NCBI RefSeq assembly: GCF_036321535.1
Contig: NC_087436.1
Location: 68,326,001-68,390,000, forward strand
Direction of reading: 5' to 3'
Length of the DNA stretch: 64,000 nucleotides
DNA from: Camelus dromedarius
Lineage: Eukaryota
Position numbers and translations under genes: made by a program. Each line of letters starts with the position of its first letter. Position 1 is the stretch's first letter. The notes beneath the pieces were generated by a model. The model was not told where the DNA came from, did no database searches, and saw only the letters and a program-made list of their open reading frames with translations. Shown here one piece after another: positions 51,328 to 63,620 of the stretch.

Positions 51328-52654
51328 TTGCCTATTAATATTCCACCGAGCACTAGGAAAAGGCATTCCTATTAAACTACAAAGTCAAACAAAGTTGTCT
51401 ATAATCATCACATTTAACAGATCTGTGGTCTACAAAATGAAATAAAACAAAAATGAGTCAGGGCATACACTATAAACTCTTGTTAAACATGAAGATAAAA
51501 AATGACTGGTGGAAAACACACCAAAATGATAATAATTAGTTATCTCTGTGTGATCAAATGACAGTGATTTATTTTCTCCTTTATATTTCCTATATTCTCT
51601 ACAATAAGCATGTTTTATTTTATACAAAAAAATATTTTGCTAAAACAGCACATTGAGACTTTGTTCAAACATAGGAAGTTTTCCCAAAACAAATCATAAA
51701 AACCGAACACAGATACAGTCTATAAAATACTGATAAAACCAAAGTTAAGCACATTTGAGGCTCTTAAATGAAACATGTTCAATTGGTCTCTTATTCTAAG
51801 CTCAATTTGTATATAAAAGTAAGTACAAAGAATTATCAGCAAAGAGGAGTTAATTGCAAATAACGGAAGAAATAATCTGACCCAAATAATCAAGAATTAA
51901 TCCAAGTAGAAAAACAAAGCAAAGACAGCTAAAAAAGGACTAATAGCAAAGAACAAATCTGGATTAGTTGAATGACTTATAATTTTTTAAAAAAGGAAAA
52001 AAACATAAAAACATAGTATATGAAAAGATAAAAACCAAAAAATGTGCTAAATTCGATGCCTACTCTGTTCCTATCCTCACTCATTTTTCTATTGCCAAGT
52101 GGATCTTTGTTGGCCCTCCAACAATAAACATACACATTGATTCCTTTTCCCTATATCAGTGTAATAACTACAGGCAGGGTTGTCAACTGGTAACTTAATT
52201 CCAAAATTAATCAACTACAAGTTATTTATTTAGAATTAAGTGACAACTCAGAATGAAAGGTGAAGTGAGATAGGAGGAACACTTTGGTTTATAAAAGAAA
52301 ATAATTAACAACATGGTCCTTGATTTTAATGAATTATAGTTGACTTTCAGGTAAGAAAATATATTCTTTAAAACAACTAGGAAAAAAAGTCAAAGAAATG
52401 TAAGTACTGGTAAAACTGGACATTAAAGTGGGCATTTTTCTACCTCCATTTTATCTGAGACCCAAAAGATCTAGAACAAAACAGTAGAGTACTCTCACAT
52501 TCCAAATCAGAAGCTAGTAGATCAGCTACATGAAAATTGTAAGAGATAGTTAAAAAACAATTTTTTAAACCTTAGTGCTTTAATTGACTAAAAATGTATA
52601 GAAAGAATTTAAATTAAAGCAAGAAAAAAAGAAAATTTCCTTGAAAAAATAGAA

Positions 52655-53215
52655 ATTCTTTGTATCCCCATGTTCATTGCAGCATTATTTATATTAGCCA
52701 AGATACGGAAATAATCTGTTTCCACTGATGAATGAATGGATAAAGAAATTGTGTGTGTGTGTGTGTATGTGTACATAGTGTACACATACTTAATTAAAAA
52801 GTACCTTATCCTATTCTTTCTTCATTTCAATTTCTCAAATATCCTTTGATTTTACAGACAAGGTTAACACTCAGAAGAGTGACAATAAGTGCCTCCAAAA
52901 TTTAAAGATAAGTAGCCCGCTTATGTAAATATTATTTAGCTGTAAAAAAAGAATGAAATCTTGCCATTTGTGTCAACATGCATGGACTTCAAGGGCATTA
53001 TACTAAATGGAAAAAGTCAGACATAGAAAGATAAATACTGTATAGTCTCTCTTTCATGTGAAAAATCAATCAATAAACCAACCAACCAACTAATGTCATC
53101 AATACAGAAAACAGATTGGTGGTTGCCAGAGGTGGGGGTATAGGAGACAACGTGAGAGAAATGAGTAAACTCTTCCTGTGGGGGAGGTTAGTTTAAATAA
53201 GTTAATTTTTTAAAA
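52655..53215 (+). mobile_element. L1MA-like 3' fragment containing a 142-bp non-L1 insert
   Basis: ccatgttcattgcagcattattt...ggataaagaaattgtg[insert]...aaaaaagaatgaaatcttgccatttg...ggtggttgccagagg. Confidence 0.85.
52788..52929 (+). repeat. 142-bp direct repeat identical to 53892-54033
   Basis: Base-by-base comparison found no mismatches. Confidence 0.97.
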
Positions 53216-54939
53216 TGCTGTGGCATTTACTCTCCATCATTCTTCAGCCCTGTGTGGAAATGGAGAAAGGCCTCTGAGCATCTCTTAGAGAACCTGATAC
53301 TTGTCCCTGAAGTTCATGAAGACACAAGGGTTTAGTGTTTGACACATCTCTGGGAAATGTTGGGGCAAAGACCACTGCAATAAACCAGACATGAGGTGCT
53401 ACAGGAATTAGCTATTCTTGTTTTACAAAGAGAGAAAATTCCCATAGCATTCTAGTAATTTTACTCTACTGCTTTGTTTCCATCTTTACCCATCAATTGA
53501 TCATGATCTATCCTATCCTCCTGTTTACCTACTTTCCAATCACCTCACCCCAATTTAATTCAATGCTCTACCTCTTTTACTCCCAGGCTTCTGCTCCAAG
53601 GTATTTCATATAAAAAGAAAAATTATCTTCTTTCATCCTGTATGCTGCCATTTTACCTACCCATCCAATGAAGATTGAACTTATACTCCATTATTTAGAA
53701 GCTGAAGGGTATCATTTACACTCATCAAGTGGTTCTCCCAAGGCTTCTAACTAATACAAATGACCTTTTCCATTGAAGGATATAAGTGCTTTTCCCCATA
53801 CAAAATATGAAAATGGCTCTGATTCCATATAAACTTATCCATTGGATCATGGTTCAGATAAGATTAGATATAACCACATGTTAAAGAAAAAACTTAATTA
53901 AAAAGTACCTTATCCTATTCTTTCTTCATTTCAATTTCTCAAATATCCTTTGATTTTACAGACAAGGTTAACACTCAGAAGAGTGACAATAAGTGCCTCC
54001 AAAATTTAAAGATAAGTAGCCCGCTTATGTAAAACACACTCTTTTATCTTTGTGGCTTTATTCTGTCCATTGTCATGCCAAGAAGTAATCAAAAATGAAC
54101 TGATTTCTGACAAATTTTTACTGCAGCCAGTTTGCATTAAAGGGCTAAACTGAAAGAAAAAAAAATCAATGAGAACAGCAACTCCATTAAGACAATAAAT
54201 AGAAATTAGGGGTATGAGTGCCAAAAACACAAATTGAGATGGCACATGCAGTTTTTGTTGTTATTTTTTGTGTTTTGGGCTTTTCTTTTTAAAGAATTCA
54301 TGATTTCAGTTGCCAAACCTGTAATATGACTGCAAAACAGATCTGCCATAAACCTTTCCTAACTGAATTTTGGCATCACACAGATTGTCATGTTAGACAA
54401 TTGAAGCCTCAGAAACTTCTGTTTTCCAGAAACCTATGAACTACACCATTCTCCAGTATAAGCTCAAAAGACATGAATTTGATCCATTAACCATTCCAGA
54501 AACACAAACACCACACTTCACAGAAAAGAAGCATATGGCAGACAATGCTAAACATTTAACCTACTACAACAGAACTGCCTCCACGACTCATTTTGTCAAG
54601 GGTTCAAAATAATTTAAAAGCATTCTATGTACAGGAGACCAAAAGGATTTTTTTTTAATCACATTAACCACTTTTGCATTTACAATTTGAATTACAGGGG
54701 TAAATTTATTCAAAAACAAAAATATTTTTTAAAACGAACATCTTTAAGGAGATATAACAAAACATAATATTAAATGAGAGAATAAATGAGGAGTAGAGGT
54801 CACGTGAGTAGGCAGAATAAAGGAATGTGGACAGAACGGGGTGAAATGCTATAGGGGCACATTTATCTCTCAGCAAAGCCTATAGAAGTCTCAGTCATCT
54901 GATGCCAACAAAAACCTGGCTCAAAGGAATGCTAATTCT

Positions 54940-55540
54940 TTTGAAGTATAGTTGATTTACAATTTTGTGTTAGTTTTTGGTGTACAGCATAGTGATTCAG
55001 ATAGATATATATATATATATGTAAAACCTTCTTCATTATTGGTTACTACAAGCTATTGAATATAGTTCCTTGTGCGGTATTGTACAACCTTGTTGTTTAC
55101 TTATTTTGTATATGATAGTTTGTATTTGTTAATCTTAAACTTCTAATTTATCCCTCCTCTGCCTTCCCCTTTGGTAATAATAAGTTTGTTTTCTATGTCT
55201 GTGAGTCTGTTTCTGTTGTAAATAGGCTCATTTGTGTCACTTTTTTAGATTCCACATGTAGGGATAAGGTATATTTGTCTTTGTCTGACTTACTTCACTT
55301 AGTATGACATCTAGATCCATCTATGTTGCTGCAAATGGCATTATTTCGTTCTTTTTTATGGCTGAGTAGTACTCCATTACACACACACGCGCGCACACAA
55401 AGAGAAAAGGGGATTTAAAATTTATTCATTTGAAGAAATTACGGCTGAAAACTACCCAAACCTAAAGAAGGAAACAGATATTCAGGTACAGGAAGCACAG
55501 AGGGTCCCAAATAAGATGAACCCAAACAGACTTGCACCAA
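54940..55540 (-). mobile_element. L1 insertion with 5' inversion: 3' end on minus (54940-55380) plus an ORF1 fragment on plus (~55400-55540)
   Basis: Antisense 3'UTR ttgaagtatagttgatttacaa...; sense ORF1 tttgaagaaattacggctgaaaactacccaaacctaaagaaggaaacagatattcaggtacaggaagcacagagggtcccaaataagatgaacccaaacaga (FEEITAENYPNLKKETDIQVQEAQRVPNKMNPNR); candidate TSD 54922-54939 / 55538-55554. Confidence 0.85.
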
Positions 55541-56024
55541 AGGAGTGTAATTCTAAGCTGGGTACAGATCTATCAGCTGAACCCCTACTCAGAAAACAGA
55601 AGGGAGACAGAAAGGCCCCAATTATCCTACTTTTTATAAACATTCAGGAGCAGCAGTAGCCAAAATTGTCAAGTAGATTAAAGCCTTTACTATCCTGAGC
55701 CTCTATATTCACAAACTGGGTTCCTCTTTTAAGAAATTGATCCCTCCCACTTACAAGCTTCTCAGTATCCTCTAATATATCTCCACATTTCTTGTTTGTT
55801 TGGGGAAAAAATATCTGATATAAACTTATTAGTTCTATCCAAAATATCAACACTATTATAACTTCTCTTACATACAGGCTGTTTTCACTTATTTCAGTTG
55901 ATTGGATTCTTACCACAACTCAGGGAGGATATTAGAATCTCGGCTGTACAGGTGAGAGACTTAGCAAAGAGTAGATGAGTAATTTGCTAAATGGGAATGG
56001 AGCTCCCATTTTCAGGTTTTAAGG

Positions 56025-56275
56025 CAGCACAGTATTGTGGTTAGATTGTGGGTTCTGGAATTGCACTCTCTAGATGTGAGACCTGGCACCACTCAAATAA
56101 TTGTGATCCCAAGCCAGTCACCCAAATCTCTTAGCTTCAGTTTCTTCCCCTATACAAAAAATATTTCAAAATCCTACCTTATTGAACTGCTGTGATTATT
56201 AACTAATGCATGTAAAATGCTTAGTATAATGCCTAGACCATAATAAGTATTCAGTAAGTGTTAGATTTTACAGCC
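56025..56275 (+). mobile_element. MIR
   Basis: ggcagcacagtattgtggttaga...cttcagtttcttcccctat...aatgcatgtaaaatgcttagtataatgcctag...taagtattcagtaagtgttag. Confidence 0.75.
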
Positions 56276-57234
56276 ATTATCCTTCCCTCTATACTTTGCT
56301 ACCTCAGACTTAATCTTGAAATTTAAAAAAAAAAAAAAGAAGAAGAAGAAGTTTTAGTCTAATGGAAACTGACTCACTTATCGCATCAGAAAACAGAATA
56401 AAGGTAGTTAGTTTGGGCCTCTTTTTCAATTCCTTTTGTTTGTTTCATGTTGGGTTTTGCTGGGATACAGTAGGGGAAAGTCAAGGCGCTAAAAGCCTTC
56501 CCAGAATCTCTGAAAGCTTAAGATGCAGACAATAGTAAAGACCCAGAAAAACCTTCAAAGACACTAATTTCTATACATAAAATTGAACTAGCCTGGGCAT
56601 TTTAAGCAGAAGGGAACTTAATGTAAAGAACTGGATGCCCACAAAATCTTTAGAAGGGCTGAAGGGATGTGAGTATAGGAATGATTGAATTCAAGTGCTT
56701 ACTTCTAAAGCTGCAATCCAGAACCAGGAAACTGCAGCTGCTTCTACCACTACCTGATGACACTCAGGAAGCTGCTGATTCAGCTCTGAACTTAAATCCA
56801 GCCACCTTGCCCCTGTCCCTGCCTTTAGACATCCATGAGCTGGTGAATGACAATTAGAGCCCTAAGTCTGGCTGCCATTACTGCCTCATGGCTCCACAAT
56901 CTCGTCTGCCTCCACAAACAGCACCAGGAAACAGGCATCTGTCCCATATCCACAGCCCATATTAGTGGCATCTCACACATCAAGAACCCTAGAAGCAAAG
57001 TGGGCTGGGAGATGTGGTTTTAGGCTTTCCAGCCCCTCATAGATAGTTGAAAGGGGTTGGAAATGACATCCAGCATAATCCCTCTCTTTGGCTTCTCTAC
57101 ATCCATATGTATCATCTGATATGAAATAAATTCTAAATAGCAATAGTAAAAACTACATTTTCCTACCTAGTACAATTTAAACATTGCTCAAAGAAACATT
57201 AAAGAGTTCACCCTTTCCTCAAAAGATGAATCCA

Positions 57235-57426
57235 GAATAGATAAACAAGATTATACTCTATAGCACAGGGAAATATATACAAGATCTTGTGGCAGCTCAC
57301 AGCAAAAAACAATGTGACAATGAATATATTTATGTTCATGTATAACTGAAAAATTGTGCTCTATACTGGAATTTGACACAACATTGTAAAATGACTATAA
57401 CACAATTTTTAAAATGTTAAAAAAAA
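57235..57426 (+). mobile_element. Short camelid-type L1 3' end with poly-A and TSD
   Basis: gaatagataaacaagattatactctatagcacagggaaatatatacaagatcttgtggcagctcac...; TSD aaaagatgaatcca (57221-57234) / aaaagacaaatcca (57427-57440). Confidence 0.9.
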
Positions 57427-57559
57427 AAAAGACAAATCCAAAGATTTCAGCCATTGGATCTATATCTCTAGATGATGTTTCTTCCTGTTATATTTCAGTC
57501 ACAGTCTGACTTTGATATCCTGTTACCTAAGGATTCAATGATAAATTTAACTATCATCA

Positions 57560-58950
57560 CTCAACATGAAAAAACAACAACCTAATTTAAAAATGGGCAG
57601 AGGGCACGAAGAGACTTTTCTTTTTGAAGAAGATATACAAATGGCCAATAAGCACACGAAAAGATGCTCAACATCATTAATCATCAGGAAAATGCAAGTC
57701 AAAACCACAATGAGATATTATCTCACACCTGTCAGAATAGCTATTATCAAAAAGACAACAAATAAGTGTTGGTAAAGATGTGGAGAAAAGGAACCCTCAT
57801 GTACAGTTGGTGGGAATGTAAATTGTGCAGCCACTATGGAAAACAGTATAAATATTCCTTTAAAAATTAAAAATAGAACTACCATATGATGCAGCAATTC
57901 CCTTCTGGGTATTTATCTGAAGAAAACAAAAACACTAAATTGAAAAGATAGCACCCCTATGTTTATTGCAGCATTATTTACAATAGCCTAGATACTGGAA
58001 ACAACCTAATTGTCCACAGATGAATGACTGGATAAAGAAGTTGTGGTATGTATACAATGGAATATTATTCAGCCATAAAAAAGAATGAGCTACTGTCATC
58101 TGTGACAACATGGATGGACCTATTATGCTAAGTGAAATAAGTCAGACAGAGAAAGATAAATACTATATGGTTTCACTTATATGTGAAATTTTAAAAATAA
58201 AACAAATGAATAAATATAACTAAACAGAAACAAAGGCATAGATACAGAGAACAAACAGGTGGTTGCAAGAGGGGAGGGAATAGGGAGGGGAAAGGAACAG
58301 GTGAGGGATATTAAGAGTTAAAAACTTTCAGTTACAAAATAAATGAGTCATAGGTAAGAAATATACAGGATGGGGAATATAGTTTATAATTATGTAATAT
58401 CTTCATATGGCGACAGATGACACTAGAGTTATCATGGTGATCATTTTAAAATATATAAAATACCAAGTCACTATGTTGTGCACCAGGAACTAACACAGTG
58501 CTGTGGGTCAATTACACTTCAAAAACAGACAAACTTATGGAAAAAGAGATTAGATTTGTGGCTAACAGAGGTAGGGGGAGGGGGAATCTGATGAAGGTGA
58601 TCAGAAAGTACAACGCTTGAGTTATAAGATAACTAAGTACTAGGGATTTAACGTACAATATGATAAAGATAATTAATACTGCTGCATGTTATAAATGAAA
58701 TTCATTAAAAGAATAAATCCTAAGAGTTTTCATTACAAGAAAAAAATGTTTTTTCTATTTCTTTAATGTTATATCTCTATGAGATGATGGATGTTCATGA
58801 AACTTACTGTGGTAATCATTTCATGATGTGTGTAAATCAAATCATTGTGTTGTACACCATAAACTAATACAGTGCTATATGTCAATTATATCTCAATAAA
58901 ATTGGAAGAAAAAAATGTATTTTAATGTTATCTGCCAAAAAACACTAAAA
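57560..58950 (+). mobile_element. 5'-truncated laurasiatherian-type L1 (L1MA9-related) with two 3'UTR termini in tandem
   Basis: ORF 57566-57775 is the ORF2 tail ([18 protein letters not shown]); TSD ataaatttaactatcatca (57541-57559) / ataaatttaattttcatca (58951-58969). Confidence 0.88.
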
Positions 58951-59054
58951 ATAAATTTAATTTTCATCAATGCACTGTATGTAGAGTAGTAAAGGAAAGG
59001 GATAGGAAAGGATGCTTGTTAATGTAATAATGAATATATATAACTAGAGTTTTG

Positions 59055-59750
59055 TTTTGTGAAACTGGTTAGAAGGTAGAACTGAGCCTTATGATTTCCT
59101 TCCTCAACTACACATTCCATTTTTCCTCTGCACTCAACCAGATCTTAGATAGAATGTGTTTTATACCTGGTGAGGACAGGCAAACCTTCAATCTCAAGGT
59201 GACTTAACCATGAATAGTCCTGCCAGTTTGGGGTTGCAACAATCTTTCATTAACTTTTCTACTTGGGTGCAGAGCACTGGAGACACTGCGGAAGATGCCC
59301 TGGCTTCCACACATGTTTCTCCTTGCCCTCACAGCATAGCAAAACCCATGCTGGTCAGCGTAGTCACCTAGTTAATACAGCAACCTTTTTTTTTTTTTTT
59401 TTTTTTTTTTTTTGCCTGTTGGTTCAGTGGCATGATTAGAGTACAAAATGGCCAGGAGACCATCTCAATCTTCAATGTTAAATGGACCCATTTTGTGTGT
59501 GTGTATTCCCCAGTGGAAGTGTGAATCCATACTAAGACCTCTAAATCATCAGAGCTCATGGCTTCCTAGACATTTCCTAGGTGTAAAATGCCCAGGCATT
59601 TTGGCTTCGGTCAGATACAATCTATTTCAAAATAGGAATCTCAGATCACAGGGTGATCGTCTTCCATGATCTGGCATTCAGTCTCCATAAAAGCCCAGTA
59701 GTTTTGCGGAAGGAAAAGCGTTATTTGAGAAAAAAGGTAGGGGAGGGGGG
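59055..59750 (-). mobile_element. Probable ERVL/MaLR internal fragment
   Basis: ctgttggttcagtggcatga...aaaatggccaggagaccatctcaatcttc resembles antisense ERVL-int sequence; includes a poly-T tract at ~59385-59413. Confidence 0.5.
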
Positions 59751-59751
59751 A

Positions 59752-60134
59752 TGTGATAATTAGTTTGGGTAACTTGACTAGGCAACAATGTCCAGTTATT
59801 CAGTCAAACACTAGGCTTTGCTGTGGAAGCACTTTGTAGTTGTGGTTAAATTAACCTCTACAATCAGTCCACTTTAAAAAGAAGATTATTTTTGATAATG
59901 TAGGTGGGAATCATCTAAGCAGTTGAAACCCCTTTAGAGCAGAACGGAGGTTTCCATGAGGAAAAAAGAAAGTCTGCCTCAGGATGGCAGCCTCAGCTTC
60001 TGAGAGTCAGCCTCAGTCTTCCTACAAATTTCAGACTTGCCAGCTCCAACAGGCAGTATCTATGCATCTGTATCTATCCATCCATCCTACTGCTTCTGTT
60101 TCAGGAAGAAAACAGGAGAACCCTGGCTGATACA
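59752..60134 (+). mobile_element. MLT2D-like (ERVL) solo LTR
   Basis: tgtgataattag...aacttgactaggc...tccagttattcagtcaaacact...tttcagacttgccagc...ggagaaccctggctgataca. Confidence 0.82.
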
Positions 60135-60411
60135 AAGGCCATGATTTTCTTCAAAATACTGGGGGACTCCCATAAATTCTCTACACAGAATCCTCTTCTG
60201 CAATTTAGGACCCTTAGGTTCATAAGTCACAAGGTTAAGTAAAAGAGATTCTGGGAGAGCTGACTGCATTATAGCCTGGAACAGCTGAAGAATCATTTCT
60301 TGTTTTGGACCACATTCAAAATTGGCAATCTAAAGGGATTACTGAGTCATAGCAGAGGACCAAAATATGATATGCCTTTCCTCCAAAAATCTAAAACAAA
60401 ACGTATCAAGC

Positions 60412-60413
<2 letters not shown>

Positions 60414-60470
<57 letters not shown>
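60414..60470. repeat. Perfect (TG)28 microsatellite
   Basis: Read directly from the sequence. Confidence 0.97.
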
Positions 60471-60473
<3 letters not shown>

Positions 60474-60639
60474 AGGAATCACAAAGTGTATCAACTTGAT
60501 TTTGACTGAGTCAAGTATCTTCGCATGCCCCATACCACTGGATTCCCAAACACTTCACTGAAGTGGCAGACCCCTTAATTTACATGGAGTTTATCTCCCA
60601 TCCCCTGGCAAACATACGTCTTATAAAAGCATGTAGAGT

Positions 60640-60909
60640 AAGACTAATCAAAGTGTGGTCCACATACCTGTGCTGGTCTGTAAACTCTTTGTTACTGTCC
60701 ACAGTGAGTGTAGAAATTGAAAGTGGGTACTTAGAAATGTTTATAGAAATTTGATTCAATCTAAAAAATCGGATTTATATTTCATGCCTTTTTAATTTAA
60801 TTTTACTAGTAATTTATTTTTATTGTATGTTATAAAAGTATTCATCTAGATGGATTGGAAATAATTTCTAAAAATTGGTCCATCATCCTTGATTGTTTAA
60901 GAAACACTG
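60640..60909 (+). mobile_element. MER5C-like hAT-Charlie element
   Basis: tcaaagtgtggtccac...tttgttactgtcc...agaaattgaaagt...ggattggaaa...gtttaagaaacactg. Confidence 0.7.
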
Positions 60910-61875
60910 ATCTAGGATATCTGCTACTTTCTGCTTATCAGATTCTATCAGTTCAGTGTTATCTATACGGTAGTCTCATATGATGAAATGATCAAATGCC
61001 CTATGGGGTAGATTGTGACAGAGAGTAAGAGAGATGACCTAGCCCTGAAGTAAGAGGTGTATACTACCCTGTTCTTGTCACGTTAAGAGCAAACAGCTTC
61101 TGATTCTCCCTGTTTTGGGAAAAAGAGAAAAAAAAGTACTCATCTTCATTACTGCTACATGCCAAGGACTGTGTTGATCTGCTCCAGCAGAGAGACTGAT
61201 TGGAATTACCACTTGATTAAGATAATTAGCTTTTATCTTCTAAAACCAATCCATTTCCCTTCTATCTGTAGTGGAGCACCAATCTCTGTGATTCTCTCCC
61301 CAACAGATACAGTGCTGCCTTTGGTTTACTACTTTGAAAAGTAAGGGCAGTTTCCATAGTCTTTACTTGACTTTTAATACCAAAAGAGCCTTTATTCCAT
61401 TCACCACCTGATCCTCAGTAAGACCTATTCTGACCTGAGGACCACAGTGTTTTCTAGATCTCTAGAGATTATCAATATTTTAGATTCACTAATCAATAAT
61501 CCTTAAAACAACTAGCTTTTTTTCTTTTTTTTTCCACTGTTCAAGCATCAGGCAAATGGCAAATCACTTGGGAAAGGCCAGGAAAAAGATTTATTGAACA
61601 CACTTACAAAAGCATTGCAGGTACTTTTTCAAAAGGAATCATAAGTCAAGAAGCTGTGAGTGTGAGGACTCTCCCCCGTCTAGGATTTGAATAGGGGTCC
61701 TTGACTCTATATTGTCAACTGCAGACAGTTTTATTCTAGTTGTTTTAGTTATAAAGATAAAGAGGATTCCAATAGCTTGCCCATTTGATTTAATGTGGAA
61801 ATCATGATCAGTTAGTTACCACAAAGATCCTAGCAGTCAAAAGATTCTGATAATCATCCCCACTCTGCTTCCTAA

Positions 61876-63035
61876 TGAACTGGCTGAATTGTGGCCCCCT
61901 CCCCAAAACATTTCTGTTGAAGCCCTGACCCCTAGTACCACAGAATGTGACTGTATTTAGAGATAGGGCCTTTAAGAGGTTATTAAGTTAAAATGAAGCC
62001 ACTAAGTTGGGCCCTAAACAAATCTGACTGGGTGTCCTACAATTCAACTCAATTATGACACTATCAACCCAGAGGTAGCATCAGATTCCACAGGTTAAGT
62101 GCTTGGTCCTCCAAGATCCCCTCTCCCACTGCTGCACGCACACACGCACGTGCACGCACACACACACACACACACACACTTCAAACACCATTCACAAGTC
62201 CAGTTGTCACCTGTGCTTCTGACTAACCAGCTGTACAGATCAGAAGTTCCAACTACTCCCTTCTAGGGTTCAATTAATTTGCTAGATTGGCTCACAGAAC
62301 TCCAAAATATATTTTACTTACTAGATTACCAGTTTATTATAAAAGAATATAATTCAGGGACACCCAGATAGAAAAGATGCACAAGGCAAGGTAAGTGGAA
62401 AGAGTCACAGAGCTTCCAAGCTCTCTGAGCACACCTCTCTCCCAGATCTCCACACATTCACCAACCTGGAAGCTCTCAAACTCCACCCTTTTGGGTTTTT
62501 ATAGAGACTTCATTACATAGGCATGATTGATTAAATAACTGGCAACTGACTACTGATTCAACCTCCAGTTTCTCTCCCTTCCCTGGAGGCCAGGGGGGTT
62601 GGATTAAAAGTTCCAACCCTCCAATAACATGGTTGTTTCTCCCTGGCAACCAGCCCCCATCCTTAGATGCTTTCCAAAAGTCACTACATTAACATAAACT
62701 CAGGTGTGGCTAACAGGGATTTTTTATGAATATCAAGATAAAACTTTATCTCTCTTATCACTTAGGAAATTCCAAGGATTTTAGGGATGAAGACCACATA
62801 CATATTTCTTATTATAAATCACAGCATCACACACATGCAACAAAGGAAAGGCCATGTGAGGACACAGTGAGAAGGTAGCCATCTACAAGCCGAGGAGAGA
62901 GGCCTGAGGAGAAACCCAACAAGCTGATACCTTGAACTTAGACTTCCAGCCTCCAGAACTCCGAGAAAGTAAACTTCTATTGTTTAAGCCACCCAGCTTG
63001 AGGTATTGTTATCATAGCTCTGGCAAACCAATGCA
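61876..63035 (+). mobile_element. MLT1A (MaLR) LTR split by a MER21 LTR
   Basis: 5' part ...cagaatgtgactgtatttagagatagggcc...atctgactgggtgtcct; 3' part aaaggccatgtgaggacacagtgagaagg...gacttccagcctccagaact...tgtttaagccaccc. Confidence 0.88.
62028..62831 (-). mobile_element. MER21-family LTR, 3' end truncated
   Basis: gtgtcctacaattcaactcaattatgacact...ggttcaattaatttgctag...gcatgattgattaaa...attataaatcacagcatcaca (LTR 5' TGTGATG on minus). Confidence 0.85.
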
Positions 63036-63039
63036 TTTA

Positions 63040-63130
63040 CTACTTTACTGTTAGTATTTACTATTGGAAAAAATCCACATGTAAGTGGACCTGCATAGTT
63101 CAGGCCCATGTTGTTCAAAGGTCAACCGTA
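63040..63130 (-). mobile_element. Tigger2-family (Tc1/mariner) terminal fragment
   Basis: tttactattggaaaaaatccacatgtaagtggacctgcatagttcaggcccatgttgttcaaaggtcaaccg followed by TA. Confidence 0.8.
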
Positions 63131-63620
63131 TTTCAATATTCTCATCACCCCAAGTCTTCACATTCCTTCCTCCACAGAATACTTGGCAAGTCAACTTTAT
63201 TTGGTGTTCACCAGCACTGAGGTCAGGGTTTAGTCAATCAACCAAGTAAAAGATAAGGGTTAACTGGTTCGAGATTAATGCTGTACAGCAGAATGACCTC
63301 CTGTAAGTTTCACAGAAAATGTCCATGGCCAAGCCCAGAAAGCTATTGATTCCGGTAAAATACTAAGTTGACACTTACAACTATTGGCTTATCATAATGC
63401 TGCCACTGTGAGACTTGGACCCCAACGCCTTGATCACATCAATGGAGAAGCTAGTGATCCTCTAAACCTGAATGCTCAAGCAGCAGATGATGGCCATTCA
63501 GAGTGTTAGAACAATTTCTATGTCCTTGAGCTGGCACACTGAGTTCAGACTCTAAGTCTCCCATATCCTTAAATTTAGCCCAGTATAAAGATATATTTTC
63601 TCCTCTCTTGTCTAGTGCAC

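Noticed and set aside
60300..60561. CV/TH-repeat ORFs
   Set aside because: Translation of the (TG)28 microsatellite.
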